Shown here: piece by piece, positions 62,207-64,000 of the stretch | Numbering within the stretch: position 1 is the first letter of the stretch | How the letters are laid out: every line of letters begins with the position of its first letter | From: a bacterium HR35 | GTDB taxonomy: Bacteria; Patescibacteriota; Minisyncoccia; UBA6257; HR35 | DNA length: 64,000 nucleotides | Assembly (NCBI GenBank): GCA_002898235.1 | Contig: BEIL01000004.1 | Coordinates: 499-64,498 of the forward strand | Direction of reading: 5' to 3' | Program-made: the position numbers and the translations under genes | Notes under the pieces: generated by a model | Seen by the model: the letters and a program-made list of their open reading frames with translations, nothing else | What the model was told of the DNA's origin: nothing | Database searches by the model: none

Positions 62207-64000
<1,794 letters not shown>

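Overview
This is an AT-rich (about 28-30% GC), gene-dense segment with short genes and only small intergenic gaps. Gene content and style look like a Candidate Phyla Radiation (Patescibacteria) bacterium; that taxonomic call is inference from composition and gene set. Most of the window is minus-strand housekeeping genes, all identified by motif recognition from memory rather than database search: cysS, valS, hisS, infB, gatA/gatC, pth, lepB, thiI, cdaA, tpiA, rsmE, a partial ligA, enolase, ppsA, and a type IV pilus/competence cluster (pilB-pilT-pilC-pilD, pilM/N/O, comFC). The main item is at the left edge (1-4488): a compact type V CRISPR-Cas module on the minus strand. Its order is an 818-aa Cas12-like effector (RuvC-I/II/III residues D565, E644, D805 present, split CxxC...CxxC zinc ribbon), then cas4, cas1, and a cas2 truncated by the window start. 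No CRISPR array lies in the window, so the array is expected beyond position 1. The effector is about 400-500 aa shorter than Cas12a, but its catalytic motifs and gene order resemble type V-A. Subtype is unassigned and it may be a new compact variant. Other items worth a look are listed below. (1) ppsA is interrupted by a 431-aa intein with a LAGLIDADG homing endonuclease, sitting just before the catalytic-His motif. (2) A copper-homeostasis module (csoR, copA, a Met-rich protein, a DUF411/CopG-like protein) carries three copies of one promoter/operator cassette, next to a decayed region holding a duplicated copA 3' fragment. (3) A GC-rich 129-bp tandem repeat (6941-7387) shares a word family with short GC-rich direct repeats inside the copA coding sequence. 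(4) A GC-rich ~97-nt long hairpin at 7697-7794 is a candidate SRP (4.5S-like) RNA. (5) A RelE/ParE toxin-antitoxin pair has direct repeats upstream. (6) sfsA is frameshifted. (7) A BspA-type LRR protein contains near-identical 138-bp DNA repeats. (8) A 37-aa ORF with 10 cysteines is not in the ORF track. (9) There are paralogous VKOR-like proteins and paralogous small CPxC membrane proteins. No tRNA or rRNA genes were recognised.
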